The notes: a model not told the origin generated them from the letters alone. 64,000 bases of DNA from an uncultured Actinomycetota bacterium (GCA_963752445.1 CAVVYI010000027.1:7180-71179), one strand, 5' to 3'; numbered from the stretch's first letter, positions 27,217 through 39,498 are shown. Translations and numbers: made by a program.

Positions 27217-28821
27217 GTGTTCACGAGCCTGTCCGACCGCCTGACCGAGACCTTCCGCAACCTGCGGACCAAGGGCCGCCTCAGCGAGTCCGACGTCAAC
27301 CGGACGGTCCGCGACATCCGGCTCGCCCTCCTCGACGCCGACGTCGCGCTCCCGGTCGTCAAGGCCTTCACGCAGAGCGTGCGCGAGCGGGCCCTCGGCG
27401 CGGAGGTCAGCGAGGCCCTCAACCCGGCGCAGCAGGTCGTCAAGATCGTCAACGAGGAGCTCGTCGGCATCCTCGGCGGCCAGACCCGCGGCATCCGGTT
27501 CGCCAAGCAGCCCCCGACCGTCATCATGCTCGCCGGCCTCCAGGGCTCGGGCAAGACGACGCTCGCCGGCAAGCTCGGCTACTGGCTCAAGGAGCAGGGG
27601 CACACCCCGATCCTCGTCGCGGCCGACCTCCAGCGCCCCAACGCCGTCACCCAGCTCGAGGTGGTCGGCCAGCGGGCCGGCGTCCCCGTCTTCGCGCCCG
27701 AGCGCGGCAACGTCTCCGGGCACGACGCCGTCGGCGGCGACGCCGAGGGCACGCGTTCGCACGGCGACCCGGTGGCCGTCTCCCGCGCCGGCATCGCCGA
27801 GGCCCGGGCCCACCAGCACGACGTCGTCATCGTCGACACCGCGGGCCGGCTCGCGGTCGACACCGACCTCATGCAGCAGGCCGCCGACATCCGGGCCGCC
27901 ATCTCGCCCGACGAGGTCCTCTTCGTCATCGACGCGATGATCGGCCAGGCCGCCGTCGAGACCGCCGAGGCCTTCCTGGAGGGCGTCGACGTCACCGGTG
28001 TCGTCCTCTCCAAGCTCGACGGCGACGCCCGCGGTGGCGCCGCCCTGTCGGTGGCCTCGGTCACCGGCCGGCCGATCATGTTCGCCTCCACCGGTGAGGG
28101 CGTGAAGGACTTCGAGGTCTTCCACCCCGACCGGATGGCCTCGCGCATCCTCGACATGGGCGACGTGCTCACCCTCATCGAGCAGGCCGAGAAGGCCTTC
28201 GACCGCACCCAGGCCGCCGAGATGGAGCGCAAGTTCCTCGCGGCCGAGGACTTCACCTTCGACGACTTCCTCCAGCAGATGGCGGCCATCAAGAAGATGG
28301 GCTCGCTGAAGTCGATCCTCGGGATGATGCCCGGGATGGGCCAGATGAAGGCCCAGCTCGACGCCTTCGACGAGCGCGAGTTCGACCGGGTCGAGGCGAT
28401 GGTCCGCTCGATGACGCCGTTCGAGCGCAACCACCCCAAGCAGATCAACGGCTCGCGGCGGGCGCGCATCGCCAAGGGCTCCGGCGTCGGCACCTCCGAG
28501 GTCAACCAGCTGCTCGAGCGCTTCGGCGACGCGCAGAAGATGATGAAGCAGCTCGCCAAGGGCGGCGGCATCCCCGGGATGCCGGGCATGCCCGGGATGG
28601 GGTCCGGCCCGGGCAAGCGCGGCAAGCAGCAGCCGCAGCGCAAGAAGTCCAAGTCGGGCAACCCGGCCAAGCGGGCGGCCGAGGAGCGGGCTGCGGCGCA
28701 GAAGGCCACCCAGCGGCCGGCGGCCGGCGCGAGCTTCGGCGGCGCCGGCCCGGACGCCGACCCCGCGGCCTTCGACCCCGCGCAGCTGCCCAAGGGCTTC
28801 GAGAAGTTCCTGGGGAAGTGA
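27217..28821 (+). CDS. ffh: Signal recognition particle protein
   Basis: GLQGSGKTT, DTAGR, SKLDGDARGG and a Met-rich M domain. Confidence 0.98.
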   Translation: MFTSLSDRLTETFRNLRTKGRLSESDVNRTVRDIRLALLDADVALPVVKAFTQSVRERALGAEVSEALNPAQQVVKIVNEELVGILGGQTRGIRFAKQPPTVIMLAGLQGSGKTTLAGKLGYWLKEQGHTPILVAADLQRPNAVTQLEVVGQRAGVPVFAPERGNVSGHDAVGGDAEGTRSHGDPVAVSRAGIAEARAHQHDVVIVDTAGRLAVDTDLMQQAADIRAAISPDEVLFVIDAMIGQAAVETAEAFLEGVDVTGVVLSKLDGDARGGAALSVASVTGRPIMFASTGEGVKDFEVFHPDRMASRILDMGDVLTLIEQAEKAFDRTQAAEMERKFLAAEDFTFDDFLQQMAAIKKMGSLKSILGMMPGMGQMKAQLDAFDEREFDRVEAMVRSMTPFERNHPKQINGSRRARIAKGSGVGTSEVNQLLERFGDAQKMMKQLAKGGGIPGMPGMPGMGSGPGKRGKQQPQRKKSKSGNPAKRAAEERAAAQKATQRPAAGASFGGAGPDADPAAFDPAQLPKGFEKFLGK

Positions 28822-28839
28822 GGGAAGGAGGAGAAGAGT

Positions 28840-29708
28840 GTGGGTGGGGCTGGTGGGGTGTGTGTGGCGTGCCCGGGGGCGCGGCCCCCCGACGCCGGCC
28901 GGAGCGGGCCGCTCAACACCCTCGCCGTCGGCACCGACGGGCCGCGGGTCGCCTTCCTCCACGGGCTCTTCGGCCAGGGCCGCAACTGGACCCAGGTCGC
29001 CAAGGCGCTCGCCGGGCCGGACGGCACGGACGCGCGGTGCCTGCTCGTCGACCTGCCCGACCACGGCCGCTCGCCGTGGTCCCAGGCGTTCTCGTACGAG
29101 GCCTACGCCGAGGCCGTCGGGGCACCCTGGCCGAGGAGGCACCGGGGGAGCGGTGGGTCGTCGTCGGGCACAGCCTCGGCGGCAAGGTCTCGATGGTGCT
29201 CACCCTCACCCACCCCGACCTCGTCGCGAGCCTCGTCGTCGTCGACATCGCCCCGAAGGACTACGGCGACCTCGACCGGTTCCGCGGCTACATCGACGAG
29301 ATGCGGGCCCTGCCGCTCGACGAGCTGACCAGCCGGGCCGACGCCGAGCAGCGCTTCCGCGAGCCCGACCCCGGGGTCAAGGCCTTCCTCCTGCAGAACC
29401 TCCGGCGCTCGGGCACCCAGTGGTCGTGGCAGGCCAACCTCGGGCTCATCGCGGCCGACGCGGAGCGGGGGAGCGACTCCGGCATCGCGGGCTTCCCCGA
29501 CCTCGGCGGGCGCTCGTGGGACGGGCCGGTCGTCTGGCTCGTCGGCGGGGAGTCCGAGTACGTGCGCGACGCCGACGCCACCGACATGCGGGCCCTGTTC
29601 CCGCGCACCCGGACCGTGACGGTCAAGGGGGCGGCGCACTGGGTGCACACCGACCAGCCCGCGGTGGTCGTCGAGACCCTGCGCCGCGTCGTCCGCTCGG
29701 TGGGCTAG
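28840..29708 (+). CDS. Alpha/beta hydrolase (YbfF-like; start uncertain, apparent indel)
   Basis: FLHGLFGQGRNW, DLPDHGRS, GHSLGG and AHWVH. Confidence 0.85.
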
Positions 29709-30985
29709 GAGCCGCCGGGGTCCGGGACGTCGTCGAGCGAGCGGACGGCGAGCAGCGGGCTGCGCAGCAGCCACAGGACCGAGAGGGCGGCCACGAGCGA
29801 GCCGACGGCGATGGCCGGGCCGGTGCCGACCAGGCCGGCGAGCACGCCGCCGAGGGCGGCCCCGAGGGGGCGCACGCCGTAGTTGACGGTCGTGAAGGCC
29901 CCCTGCACGCGGGCCCGGACCCCGTCGGGGATGACGGCCACCATGACGGCGTTGACGTTGACGTCGAAGAGCATCACCCCGAAGCCGGTGACCGCCTCGA
30001 CGGCGGTGAGGACCGCCGCCTTCGCGAGGTCGGAGCCGTGGGCCAGGGGGAGCGTCGCCGTGGGCAGGGTGAAGAGCAGCGCCCCGACGACGGCGGTGCG
30101 CCCGATGCCGATCCGGCGCGCCACCCGGCCGGCGACCACCGCCCCGAGCAGACCGCCGGTGGCCCCGATCCCCAGCGCGAGGCCGATGGTCCCCGCCGAG
30201 AGGCCGAGGTCGCGGCTGGCGAAGACGACGAGCAGGGCCTGGACGACGAAGGTGAAGAGGTTGATCCACGAGACGCAGCGCAGCATCGGGGCGAGGAACG
30301 GGTCGCGCCAGACGTGCCGCATCCCGTCGGCGAGCCGGCGGCGCAGCGAGCTCCCGTCGTCCGGTGCCGGGGTGCGGTCCGGCACGTCGGCCGCGCCGAG
30401 CAGGGTGGCCGAGGCGAGGAAGGAGAGACCGTCGACGAGGAGCGCGTAGGGCGCGGTGAGCAGCTGGACGAGCCCGCCGCCGAGCGCCGGCCCGGCGATG
30501 AACGAGCCGGAGCGGGTGGCGCTGAAGAGGCTGTTCGCCTCGACGTAGCGCTCGCGGGGGACGAGGGCGACGTAGAACGGCTGCCAGGCGGAGCGGAACA
30601 GGGTGGACCACGCGCCGAGCAGCAGCGCCACGGCGAGGAGGTGGGCGAAGGTCAGCGCGCCGAGCACCGCCGCGAGGGGGACGGTGAGGACGACGAGCGC
30701 GCGGGCCAGGTCGGCGACGACGAGCAGCCGCCGCGGCCGCGGCCGCCGGTCGACCCCGGTGCCGACGAGCAGGGCCAGCAGGTTCGGCAGCCAGACCACG
30801 GCCGTGAGCAGGGCGACCCGGGAGGCGCTCTCGTCGAGGATGGTCACCGCGACGAGCGGCAGGGCCAGCTCGGAGACCCGGTCGCCGAGCTCGGAGACGG
30901 TCTGGGCGCCCCACGCAGTGGCGAAGCGCCGTCCGCGCCAGAGCGCGCCCGGGGCGGGGCCGGTGGCCGGCGCGCCTCAGCCAGG
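29705..30985 (-). CDS. MFS transporter (DHA3/macrolide-efflux-like; start approximate)
   Basis: Multiple TM helices, G..VDRRPR motif A and GPALGGGL. Confidence 0.82.
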
Positions 30986-31578
30986 TCGCGTCGCCGTCGC
31001 CGTCGCCTCCCGTCGGGGAGGACGTGCCGCAGGACGTGCACCGAGCGGGCGCCCTCGGGAGCGGCGGCGGGGTCGTCCTTGCGCAGGACGTAGGGCGCGA
31101 GCAGGTCCTCGACCGCGGCCTCGAGGGCGAGCAGCTCCTCGCGCGTGACGAGCACCCGCGTGCTCGAGCGACCGGAGACCTCGAGCCACTCCCGGGGCAG
31201 GACGGGCTCGACGTCGCGGTGCCAGTCGCCGACGACGTCGCCCTCGGCCACCTCGATCGCCTCCGCGAGCAGGCGCCCGGCCTCGACCGCGCCGGGCTCC
31301 CCGCGCGTGAAGCGGAAGCCGCGGCTGACCGCCTCCCACCACCGCTCGCGCCCGCTCCCGCGCGCCGGGGCGTCGCGGACGAGACCGTGCTGCGCGAGGT
31401 GGCGCAGGTGCCAGCTGGTGACCGAGGGGGTGGCCCCGACGGTGGGGGAGAGGCGGGTCGCGGTGCTCGGGCCGTGGCGCTGCAGCTCGCCGAGGATGCG
31501 TACGCGCACCGGGTGGGCGAGGGCCCGCATGCCCGTCGCGTCGAGCTCGAGGTCGCCGTACGGGTTGGTCACGGGCAC
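30977..31578 (-). CDS. ArsR-like wHTH transcriptional regulator
   Basis: MRALAHPVRVRIL...TATRLS...SVTSWHLRHLAQHGLV...RERWW. Confidence 0.88.
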
Positions 31579-31623
31579 TCCTCGCTCGTCCTGATCTGAG
31601 AGGACCGTATCGAGAGAGTTCTC

Positions 31624-33200
31624 TCAGGTCAACGGGCGTCCACCGGCTCGGCGTCCGGGGTGCCCGCGACCGAGGCCGCCAGCTCGGCGGCCCCGGGGGC
31701 CCGGAGCGCGACGACGACCGCGGCGACCGCCAGCACGCGCGGCGGCGACGAGGAAGGCCGAGCCCGTGGCGTCGACGAAGGCCGCCCGCGCCGCCTCCAG
31801 CAGCCGGCGCCCGGCTCGCCCAGGCGCGGTGCGAGCTGCTCGACCGCGGCGAGCGAGGACGGACGGCCTCGGCGGCGGCCGCCGGCAGCTGGCGGGTGAC
31901 CGGCTCGAGGGCGGCCGCGTACGCGTCGGCGAGGACGCTGCCGAGCACGGCGATGCCGAGGGCCGACCCGAACTCCCGGGACACGTCGTTGACCGCCGAC
32001 CCGACGCCCTGCTTGCCCTCGGGCAGCGACGCGGTGATGGCCATCGTCGCCGGCGTCGTGGCCAGCGCCATCCCCGCCGCGAAGACGACGACCGCCGGGG
32101 CCAGCTGCCAGTAGTCGAAGTCCGCGGTGAGGCGGGTCATGAGCAGCATGCCGACCGCCGAGAGGGCCAGCCCGAGCCCGGCGACGCGGTTGGCACCGAA
32201 CCGCAGCGCGAAGCGGGGGGCGTTGCGCGCCAACGGGATGAGCGTCACGGGGAGCGGCGCGAGGCGCAGGCGGCGAGGAGCGGGGAGAGGTCGGCGACGT
32301 ACTGGAGGTACTGCAGGATGATGAAGAAGAAGCCGAAGCTGGCGAAGAACTGCACCGTGATGGTCAGGCTGCCCATGCCGAAGCCGGCCCGGCGGAACAG
32401 GCGCGGGTCGAGCAGCGGGTCGGTGCGGCGCAGCTCCCAGGCCACGAAGGCCACCGCGCCGAGCACCCCGACGACGAAGGCCGTCACGGTCAGGGCGTCG
32501 GACCACCCGCGGCCCGGGCCCTCGATGAAGCCGTAGACCAGCCCGCCGACGGTGACGAGCGAGAGGAGGCCGCCGACCGCGTCGAGGCGCGGCGCGTGGG
32601 GGTCACGCGAGTCGGGCACGACGAGCACCGTGCCGACGAGGGCCAGCGCGCCGAGGACGACGTTGAGCGCGAAGAACGAGGACCAGTCGAAGAACTCGAG
32701 GAGCAGTCCGGAGCCGAACAGGCCGATGACCGCGCCGCCGCCGGCGACGCCGACCCAGACCCCGACCGCGCGGGCCCGCTCGGCCGGGGGGAAGGACGTC
32801 GTGATGACCGACAGCGTCACGGGCATGACGGCCGCGGCGCCCAGCCCCATGACGCGCGGACCCCGATGAGCACCGCCGGGTCGTCGACGAACAGCCCGAC
32901 GGCGGCCGCGCCGGCGAAGAGCGAGATCCCGGCAGCGAGGACGCGCTTGCGGCCGGCCCGGTCGCCGAGGGCACCGAGGAGCAGGAGCATCCCCGAGAAG
33001 ACGAGCGTGTAGGCGTCGACGACCCACTGGACCTGCGTGGCCGTCGCGCCCGTCTCGCGCTGGAGGTCGGGGAGGGCGACGTTGAGCCCGCTGACCGCCG
33101 AGACGACCATCATCAGCGCGAGGGCGACGACGGCGAGGACGGCGTGCCGGCGACGCGGGGGCCGAGGGCGGGGTGGAGTGGGTGAGGGGTGGCTGGGCAT
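31624..33200 (-). CDS. MFS transporter, DHA2 (EmrB/QacA-like; apparent indels)
   Basis: LNVALP, QWVVDAYTL, LGDRAGRK, WSSFFALNV, DPLLDPRLF and SREFGSALG. Confidence 0.87.
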
Positions 33201-33212
33201 CGGGCCTCCTTG

Positions 33213-33252
33213 TTCAACGACTGTTCAATTAAGTATTCTGTATCCGTTGAAC
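33213..33252. promoter_or_regulatory. AT-rich divergent promoter with probable TetR operator
   Basis: TTCAACG...CGTTGAA inverted elements between the divergent MFS and TetR genes. Confidence 0.45.
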
Positions 33253-33325
33253 TGTGTCGTCAAGAGCTCTTCCGACGCCGACGTGGGAGGCTGACCGCGG
33301 ACCACGGAGAAGAGGAGTCGCAGCG

Positions 33326-33979
33326 ATGCCCACGAGCCGCGGAGCGGGCCGCCGGACCGGGCCCACGACCAGCCGCGAGGAGATCCTCGCCGCCGCGCGC
33401 GCCCTGTTCGCCGAGCGCGGGCTCGACCGCACGAGCGTGCGGGCCATCGCCACCGCGGCCGGCGTCGACCCGGCCCTGGTCATGTACTTCTTCGGCACCA
33501 AGCGCGGGCTCTTCCTCGAGGCCATCGACCTGCCGGTCGACCCGTCCGTCGTCATCCCGGCCGTGCTCGACGGCGACCCGTCCGGGGTGGGGGAGCGGCT
33601 CGCCCGCTTCGTCGTCGGCGCGCTCGAGGACCCCGACCGGCGGCAGCGCTTCACCGGGCTGCTCCAGTCGGCGAGCGCGGACCCCGAGATCGCCGAGATC
33701 CTGCGGACGCGCCTGACCCACGACATCCTCGAACCGATCGCCGAGCGGCTCGGCCGGGACCGGCCCGAGTTCCGGGCGGCGATGGCGATGTCCCAGATCG
33801 CCGGTTTCACCCTGGCCCGGCACGTCGTCGGCTTCGAGGTCCTCCTCGACGCCGGTACCGACGAGGTCGTCGCCGCCCTGGCCCCCACGCTCCAGCACCA
33901 CCTCGCGGGCCCCGCTGCGTCCCCGGCGCACGACCGGCCGGAGGTCGGCGCCGCCGGCAGCGGCGGCCGGCCCGGCTAG
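33326..33979 (+). CDS. TetR family regulator
   Basis: REEILAAARALFAERG..TSVRAIA..AGVDPALVMYFFGTK. Confidence 0.92.
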   Translation: MPTSRGAGRRTGPTTSREEILAAARALFAERGLDRTSVRAIATAAGVDPALVMYFFGTKRGLFLEAIDLPVDPSVVIPAVLDGDPSGVGERLARFVVGALEDPDRRQRFTGLLQSASADPEIAEILRTRLTHDILEPIAERLGRDRPEFRAAMAMSQIAGFTLARHVVGFEVLLDAGTDEVVAALAPTLQHHLAGPAASPAHDRPEVGAAGSGGRPG

Positions 33980-33987
33980 GGTCGGCC

Positions 33988-35070
33988 ATGGCACAGGTGC
34001 TCCACCTCACCGGACCCCTCCTCGTCGGCCCCGAGGAGGACCGGCCCGAGGCCTGGGTCGTCGGTGGGCGGCTGACCTTCGAGCGGCCGGGCGGCGACCA
34101 CGAGGTGACACCCTGGGCGGCTGGGTGCTCCCCGGGCTCGTCGACGCGCACTGCCACGTCGGGCTGGTGGCCAGCGGGGCGCCGACGCCGCGACCGCCGA
34201 GGCCCAGGCCGCTCACCGACCGCGATGCGGGCACCCTCCTCATCCGCGACGCCGGCTCGCCCTCGACACCCGGTGGGTCGACGACCGCGCCGACCTGCCG
34301 AAGATCGTCCGGGCCGGCCGGCACATCGCCCGCACCCGGCGCTACATCCGCGGCTTCGCCTGGGAGGTGGAGCCCGACGGCCTCGTCGACCAGGTGCGTG
34401 CCGAGGCCCGGGCCGGCGACGGCTGGGTCAAGCTCGTCGGCGACTGGATCGACCGCGACGCCGGTGACCTCACCCCGTGCTGGCCGGCCGACGTCCTCGC
34501 CGAGGCGGTCGCGGCCGCCCACGAGGAGGGCGCCCGGGTGACGGCCCACTGCTTCGGGGAGCAGAGCCTCCACGACTTCGCCGCCGCGGGGACCGACTGC
34601 ATCGAGCACGCCTGCGGGCTGGTGCCGGAGACGCATCGAGGCGTTCGCCGCGCAGGGCATCGCCATCGTGCCGACCCTGGTCAACATCGACACCTTCCCG
34701 GAGATCGCCGAGCCGGCCCGCGAGAAGTTCCCCGAGTACTACCGGCACATGCTCGACCTGCACGCGCGGCGCTACGAGACGGTGGCCGCGGCCCACGAGG
34801 CCGGCATCGCGGTCTACGTCGGCACCGACGCCGGCGGCTCGCTCCCGCACGGCCTCGTCGGGGAGGAGGTCGAGCGGCTCAGCCGCTGGGCTACACCGGC
34901 GTCGAGGCGCTGGCCGCGGCACGTGGGGGGCGCGGGAGTGGCTGGGGCGCCCCGGCCTCGAGGGGGCGCCGACGCCGACCTCGTCGTCTTCGCCGCCGAC
35001 CCCCGGGCCGACGTCGGCGTCTGCCTACCCCTCCGAGATCGTGCTGCGCGGCCGCGTCGTCGGCCCGCCG
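33988..35070 (+). CDS. Amidohydrolase family protein (apparent indels; end approximate)
   Basis: LPGLVDAHCH, WVKLVGDWID, TAHCFG, IEHACG, GTDAGG and ADLVVF. Confidence 0.85.
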
Positions 35071-35974
35071 GCCTCGCCGCGGAGAGCGGCGAGCTCGGCC
35101 TCGAGGGCGACCTCGGCCCGGTGGGCGCGCGTCGACCACGCCACCGCGGCGGCCCAGGCGAGGGAGAGCGCCGTGTAGGCCGCCCAGCGGGTGCTGTCCG
35201 AGGCGTCGACCCAGTCGCTGCTCAGCAGGGTGCGCGCGTTCGTGACGACGATGAGGCCGCCGACCGCCGACCCGAGCACGCGGGGGGGCACATGCCCGGA
35301 CGAGCCACGCCGCGACCGGCGCGGCGACGAGCCCGCCGGCGAGGAGGGCGCCGAGCACCAGGGCCGGGTCGAGGTCGGCGGAGCCGAGGGCCAGGAGGAA
35401 GCCGAGGCTCGCCGCGACCGACACGAAGAACTCGCTGGTGTCGATCGACCCGACGACCTTGCGCGGCTCGAGCCGCCCGCTCGCGAGGATGGCCGGCGTG
35501 CCCACCGGGCCCCATCCTCCGCCGCCGGTGGCGTCGACGAAGCCGGCGACGAGCCCGAGCGGGGCGAGGAAGCGGCTGCCCAGGCGGTGTCCGAGCCGGT
35601 CGCGCCGGAACCCCGAGACCGTGAACCGCACGAGCACGTAGACGCCGAGGGTGAGCAGGAGCAGCGACATCGCGGGCGCGGCGACGGAGGTGTCGAGGCT
35701 CGACAGGAGGGTGGCGCCGGCGAAGGCGCCGACCGCGCCGGGGAGCCCGATCCGTCGCACGACGCCCCAGTCGACGTTCCCGAACCTCCAGTGCGAGGCA
35801 CCCGAGGCGAGGGTCGTGCCGATCTCGGCGAGGTGCACGGTGGCCGAGGCGGCGAGGGTCGGCACCGACGGCGAGCAGGAGGGTCGTCGACGTCACGCCG
35901 TAGGCCATCCCGAGCGAGCCGTCGACGAGCTGTGCGCCGAGGCCGACGAGGGCGAGGAGGACGAGCCTGCGCAT
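35025..35974 (-). CDS. TauE/SafE family permease (apparent indels; end approximate)
   Basis: AQLVDGSLGMAYGVTS, SHWRFGNVDW and DATGGGGWGP. Confidence 0.87.
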
Positions 35975-35977
35975 CCT

Positions 35978-36030
35978 GAATTCCGATCTATCTAGTAGGA
36001 GATTAATCCAGAGCGTAACGATAGGAATTC
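35978..36030. promoter_or_regulatory. Probable Rrf2 operator pair
   Basis: AT-rich patch with two imperfect TCC...TAGGA palindromes, bounded by GAATTC at each end, between divergent TauE and Rrf2 genes. Confidence 0.5.
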
Positions 36031-36134
36031 CGGGTCGCAAGTCGGCCGGTGTGGCCTCGCGGGGAGGGGCGGCGGCCGGTGGGCCGGCGGACCGGTGCTG
36101 CCGGGCGGGGACGCCCGGGGCTGAGGATGGAGGG

Positions 36135-36604
36135 GTGGACATCTCCGCCCCCACACCGACTACGCCGTCCGGGCCCTGCTCACGCTCGCCGCGGCGGGAG
36201 GCGGTGACGGGGTCGCCGAGCCGGTGAGCGTCGAGTCGCTGGCTCGCCGCCAGGACCTGCCGCGCAAGTTCCTCGAGGCGGTGGTCGCCGACCTGCGGGC
36301 CTGGGGACTCGTCCTCAGCCGGCGCGGTGCACGGCGGGTACGTCCTGGCCCGTCCGGCGTCGGCCATCACCCTGGGCGAGGTGTTCCGCGCCGTCGGCGG
36401 GCCGCTCGCCGAGGTGCGGGGCCTGCGGCCGCAGGACACCGCGTACGAGGGAGTGGCCGAGCACCTGCCCGCCCTGTGGGTCGCGGTGCGCGCCGGCCTC
36501 CGCGACGTGCTCGACCGCACCACCCTCGAGCACGTGCTGCACGGCGACCTGCCGGCACCGTGCGTCGCCTGGTCGACGAGCCGGACGCCTGGCGCAACCG
36601 CTGA
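36135..36604 (+). CDS. Rrf2 family regulator lacking the Fe-S Cys triad (apparent indels)
   Basis: DYAVRALL, FLEAVVADL, GGYVLARPASAITLGEV and GPLAEVRG. Confidence 0.87.
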
Positions 36605-36774
36605 GCACCCATCGCGCGATTCGGCCGCGCGGCGCCTCTGGCAGACTGGACGGCTGTACCCGTCCGGACCCGCCTCTCGTGTGGACCGGACCGGACGCCT
36701 ACACACCGGCTGTCGGCTCCCCGCGCGAACCTTTGCGGTCTCGCCGCGCTCACAACCGGAAAGGAGACCACCCC

Positions 36775-37346
36775 GTGGCCGTCAAGATTCGCCTCAAGCG
36801 GATGGGCAAGATCCGCACCGATCTACCGCGTCGTCGTCATGGACTCCCGCACCAAGCGGGACGGCCGGGCGATCGAGGAGATCGGCAAGTACCACCCCAA
36901 CCAGGAGCCGTCGCTCATCGAGATCGACATCGAGCGCGCCGACTACTGGCTCGGCAACGGCGCCCAGCCGACCGAGGCCGTCGCCGCCCTGCTGAAGATC
37001 ATCGGCGACTGGCAGAAGTACAAGGGCGAGCCCGGCACCGAGGGCACCCTGAGGGTCGCCGAGCCCAAGCGTCGAAGAAGGACCTCTACGAGGCCGCCCT
37101 CGCCGCCGCCGGCAAGACCGGCGACGACGGCTCCGCCGCCACCACGCCGCGCAAGAAGGCCGCGAAGAAGGCCGCCGAGGCGCCCGCCGCCGAGGCCCCC
37201 GCCGCCGAGGCGCCCGGCGACGAGGCGCCGCCGCCGAGGCCGCGGCCGCCGAGGCCACCGCCGCCGAGGAGACCCCCGTCGCCGCCGACACCGACTCCGG
37301 TGCGGCCGCCGCCGAGGGCACCGACGTCGACGCCGACAAGGCCTGA
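36775..37346 (+). CDS. rpsP: 30S ribosomal protein S16 with acidic/Ala-rich tail (apparent indels)
   Basis: [33 protein letters not shown] and GAQPTE. Confidence 0.96.
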
Positions 37347-37348
37347 CC

Positions 37349-37591
37349 GTGCTCGAGGAGGCCCTCGAGCACCTCGTCACCGGCATCGTCGACCACAAGG
37401 ACGAGGTCCAGGTGCGTCGCAAGGAGCTGCGCCGCGGCGAGATCCTCGAGGTGCGCGTGCACCCCGACGACCTCGGCCGGGTCATCGGCCGCTCGGGCCG
37501 CACGGCCAGCGCGCTGCGCACCGTCCTCGGCGCGCTCTCCGGTGGCCGCCAGGTCCGCATCGACATCGTCGACACCGACCGGGTCCGCTGA
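37349..37591 (+). CDS. khpA: KH-domain RNA-binding protein
   Basis: [23 protein letters not shown], between rpsP and rimM. Confidence 0.92.
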   Translation: MLEEALEHLVTGIVDHKDEVQVRRKELRRGEILEVRVHPDDLGRVIGRSGRTASALRTVLGALSGGRQVRIDIVDTDRVR

Positions 37592-37678
37592 CCCGCGTCC
37601 CCCACGGCGGGGTGTGCCGGGAGGAGACTCCCGGTGCACCCCGCCGTCGTCGTCCCACCGACCTCCCCGAGGAGCACC

Positions 37679-38216
37679 GTGAGCGAGCGCGTCGTCGTCG
37701 CCCGGATCGGCAAGCCGCACGGCCTGCGCGGCGAGGTCACCGTGCGGCTGCACACCGACGAGCCCGAGCGGCGCCTCGCCGTCGGCGCCGTCCTCACGAC
37801 CGAGGCCGAGCCCGGCTCCGGCGTCCCGCGCGAGCTCACCGTCCGCTCGACCCGGGTGCACCACGGCGTCTGGCTCGTCGCCTTCGAGGGGGTCCCCGAC
37901 CGCACCGGCGCCGAGGGGCTGCGCGGCACCCGGCTCGTCCTCGACGCCGGACGAGCCCGACGTCGCGGACGACGACGAGGACACCTTCACCGAGGACGAG
38001 CTCGTCGGGCTCGCCGCCGTCGACCCGGCCGGGGAGCCGGTCGGCGAGGTCGTCGGCCTCGAGCTCGGCGCGGCCCAGGACCGCCTCCTCGTGCGGCGCG
38101 CCGACGGCCGGGAGGGGCGGGTGCCGTTCGTCGCGGCCCTCGTGCCGGAGGTCGACCTCGCCGGCGGTCGGGTCGTCCTCGACGCCCCGGCGGGGCTCTT
38201 CGACCTCGAGGGCTGA
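37679..38216 (+). CDS. rimM: Ribosome maturation factor RimM (apparent indel)
   Basis: [22 protein letters not shown] and [13 protein letters not shown]. Confidence 0.93.
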
Positions 38217-38221
38217 GCCCG

Positions 38222-39498
38222 GTGCGCCTCGACGTCGTCTCGATCTTCCCCGAGTACCTCGCGCCCCTCGACCTCTCGCTCATCGGGAAGGCCCGCCGGG
38301 ACGGGCTGCTCGACGTGCACGTCCACGACCTGCGCGACTTCGCCCACGACCGGCACCGCACCGTCGACGACAGCCCGTTCGGCGGCGGCGCCGGCATGGT
38401 GATGAAGCCCGAGCCGTGGGCCGCGGCGCTCGACGCACGTCGTCGCCGGCGGGGCGCACGGGAGGCGGCGCGCCGGTGCCGCACCTCGTCGTCCCGGGTC
38501 CGGGCGGGGTGCCGTTCACCCAGGCGCATGGCGCACCGGCTCGCCGCCGAGCCGTGGCTCGCCTTCGCCTGCGGGCGCTACGAGGGCATCGACGAGCGCG
38601 TCCTACGAGCACGCCGCCGAGCGGATGCCGGTGACCGTCGTCTCGCTCGGCGACTACGTGCTCAACGGGGGAGAGGTCGCGGTGCTCGCCATCGTCGAGG
38701 CGGTCGGCGCGGCTGCTGCCCGGGGTCGTGGGCAACGCCGAGTCGCTCGTCGAGGAGTCGCACGAGGGTGGGCTGCTCGAGTACCCCGTGTACACGCGCC
38801 CGGCCTCGTGGGACGACGGCGGCCGGGTGCGCGAGGTGCCGCCGGTGCTGCTCTCCGGTGACCACGCGGCGATCGCCGCGTGGCGCCACGAGCAGCGGGT
38901 GGCCCGCACGGTCGCCCGCCGTCCGGACCTCGCCGCGCCGTCGGCGGCCGTGGCGGGGCTGGCCGACCTCGAGGTGCGCGCCGCCGTCCCGGCCGACGCC
39001 CCCGAGCTCCTCGTGCTGCAGCGGGCCTGCTGGATGCAGGAGGGGCGGATCTCGGGCTGCTGGCACATCCCGCCGCTCGAGGAGGACCTCGACGACGTGC
39101 GGGCCGGGCTCGAGGCGTGGACGACGTGGGTGGCCCGGGTGCCCGCCGACGGCGAGGCGCCGGGCCGGCTCGTCGGGTCGGTGCGCGGGCGGGTGCGCCC
39201 GGGGGACGCCACGGTCTGGGAGACCGGCCGGCTCATGGTGGCCGCCGACCTCCAGGGCCGGGGGCTCGGGCGGGCGCTGCTCGAGCTGGCCGAGTCGGCC
39301 GCGCCGGACGACGGTCGCGGACGTACTGGATCAACACCGGGCGGGTCAGCGAGGGGAACATCCGCCGCTACCGGCGCGCCGGCTACCGGCTGGTGCCCGG
39401 CGAGGGCGCGTTCCCGGGGACGGTCGACCTCACCAAGCCCCGCGGCTCGGGCCCTCGCGCGGGTCGAGGTGAAACCGCCTCGTCTGCTGCGGCGGTAA
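38222..39498 (+). CDS. trmD: tRNA (guanine-N1)-methyltransferase with fused C-terminal GNAT domain (apparent indels; end approximate)
   Basis: [52 protein letters not shown] and [10 protein letters not shown], then [19 protein letters not shown]. Confidence 0.92.
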
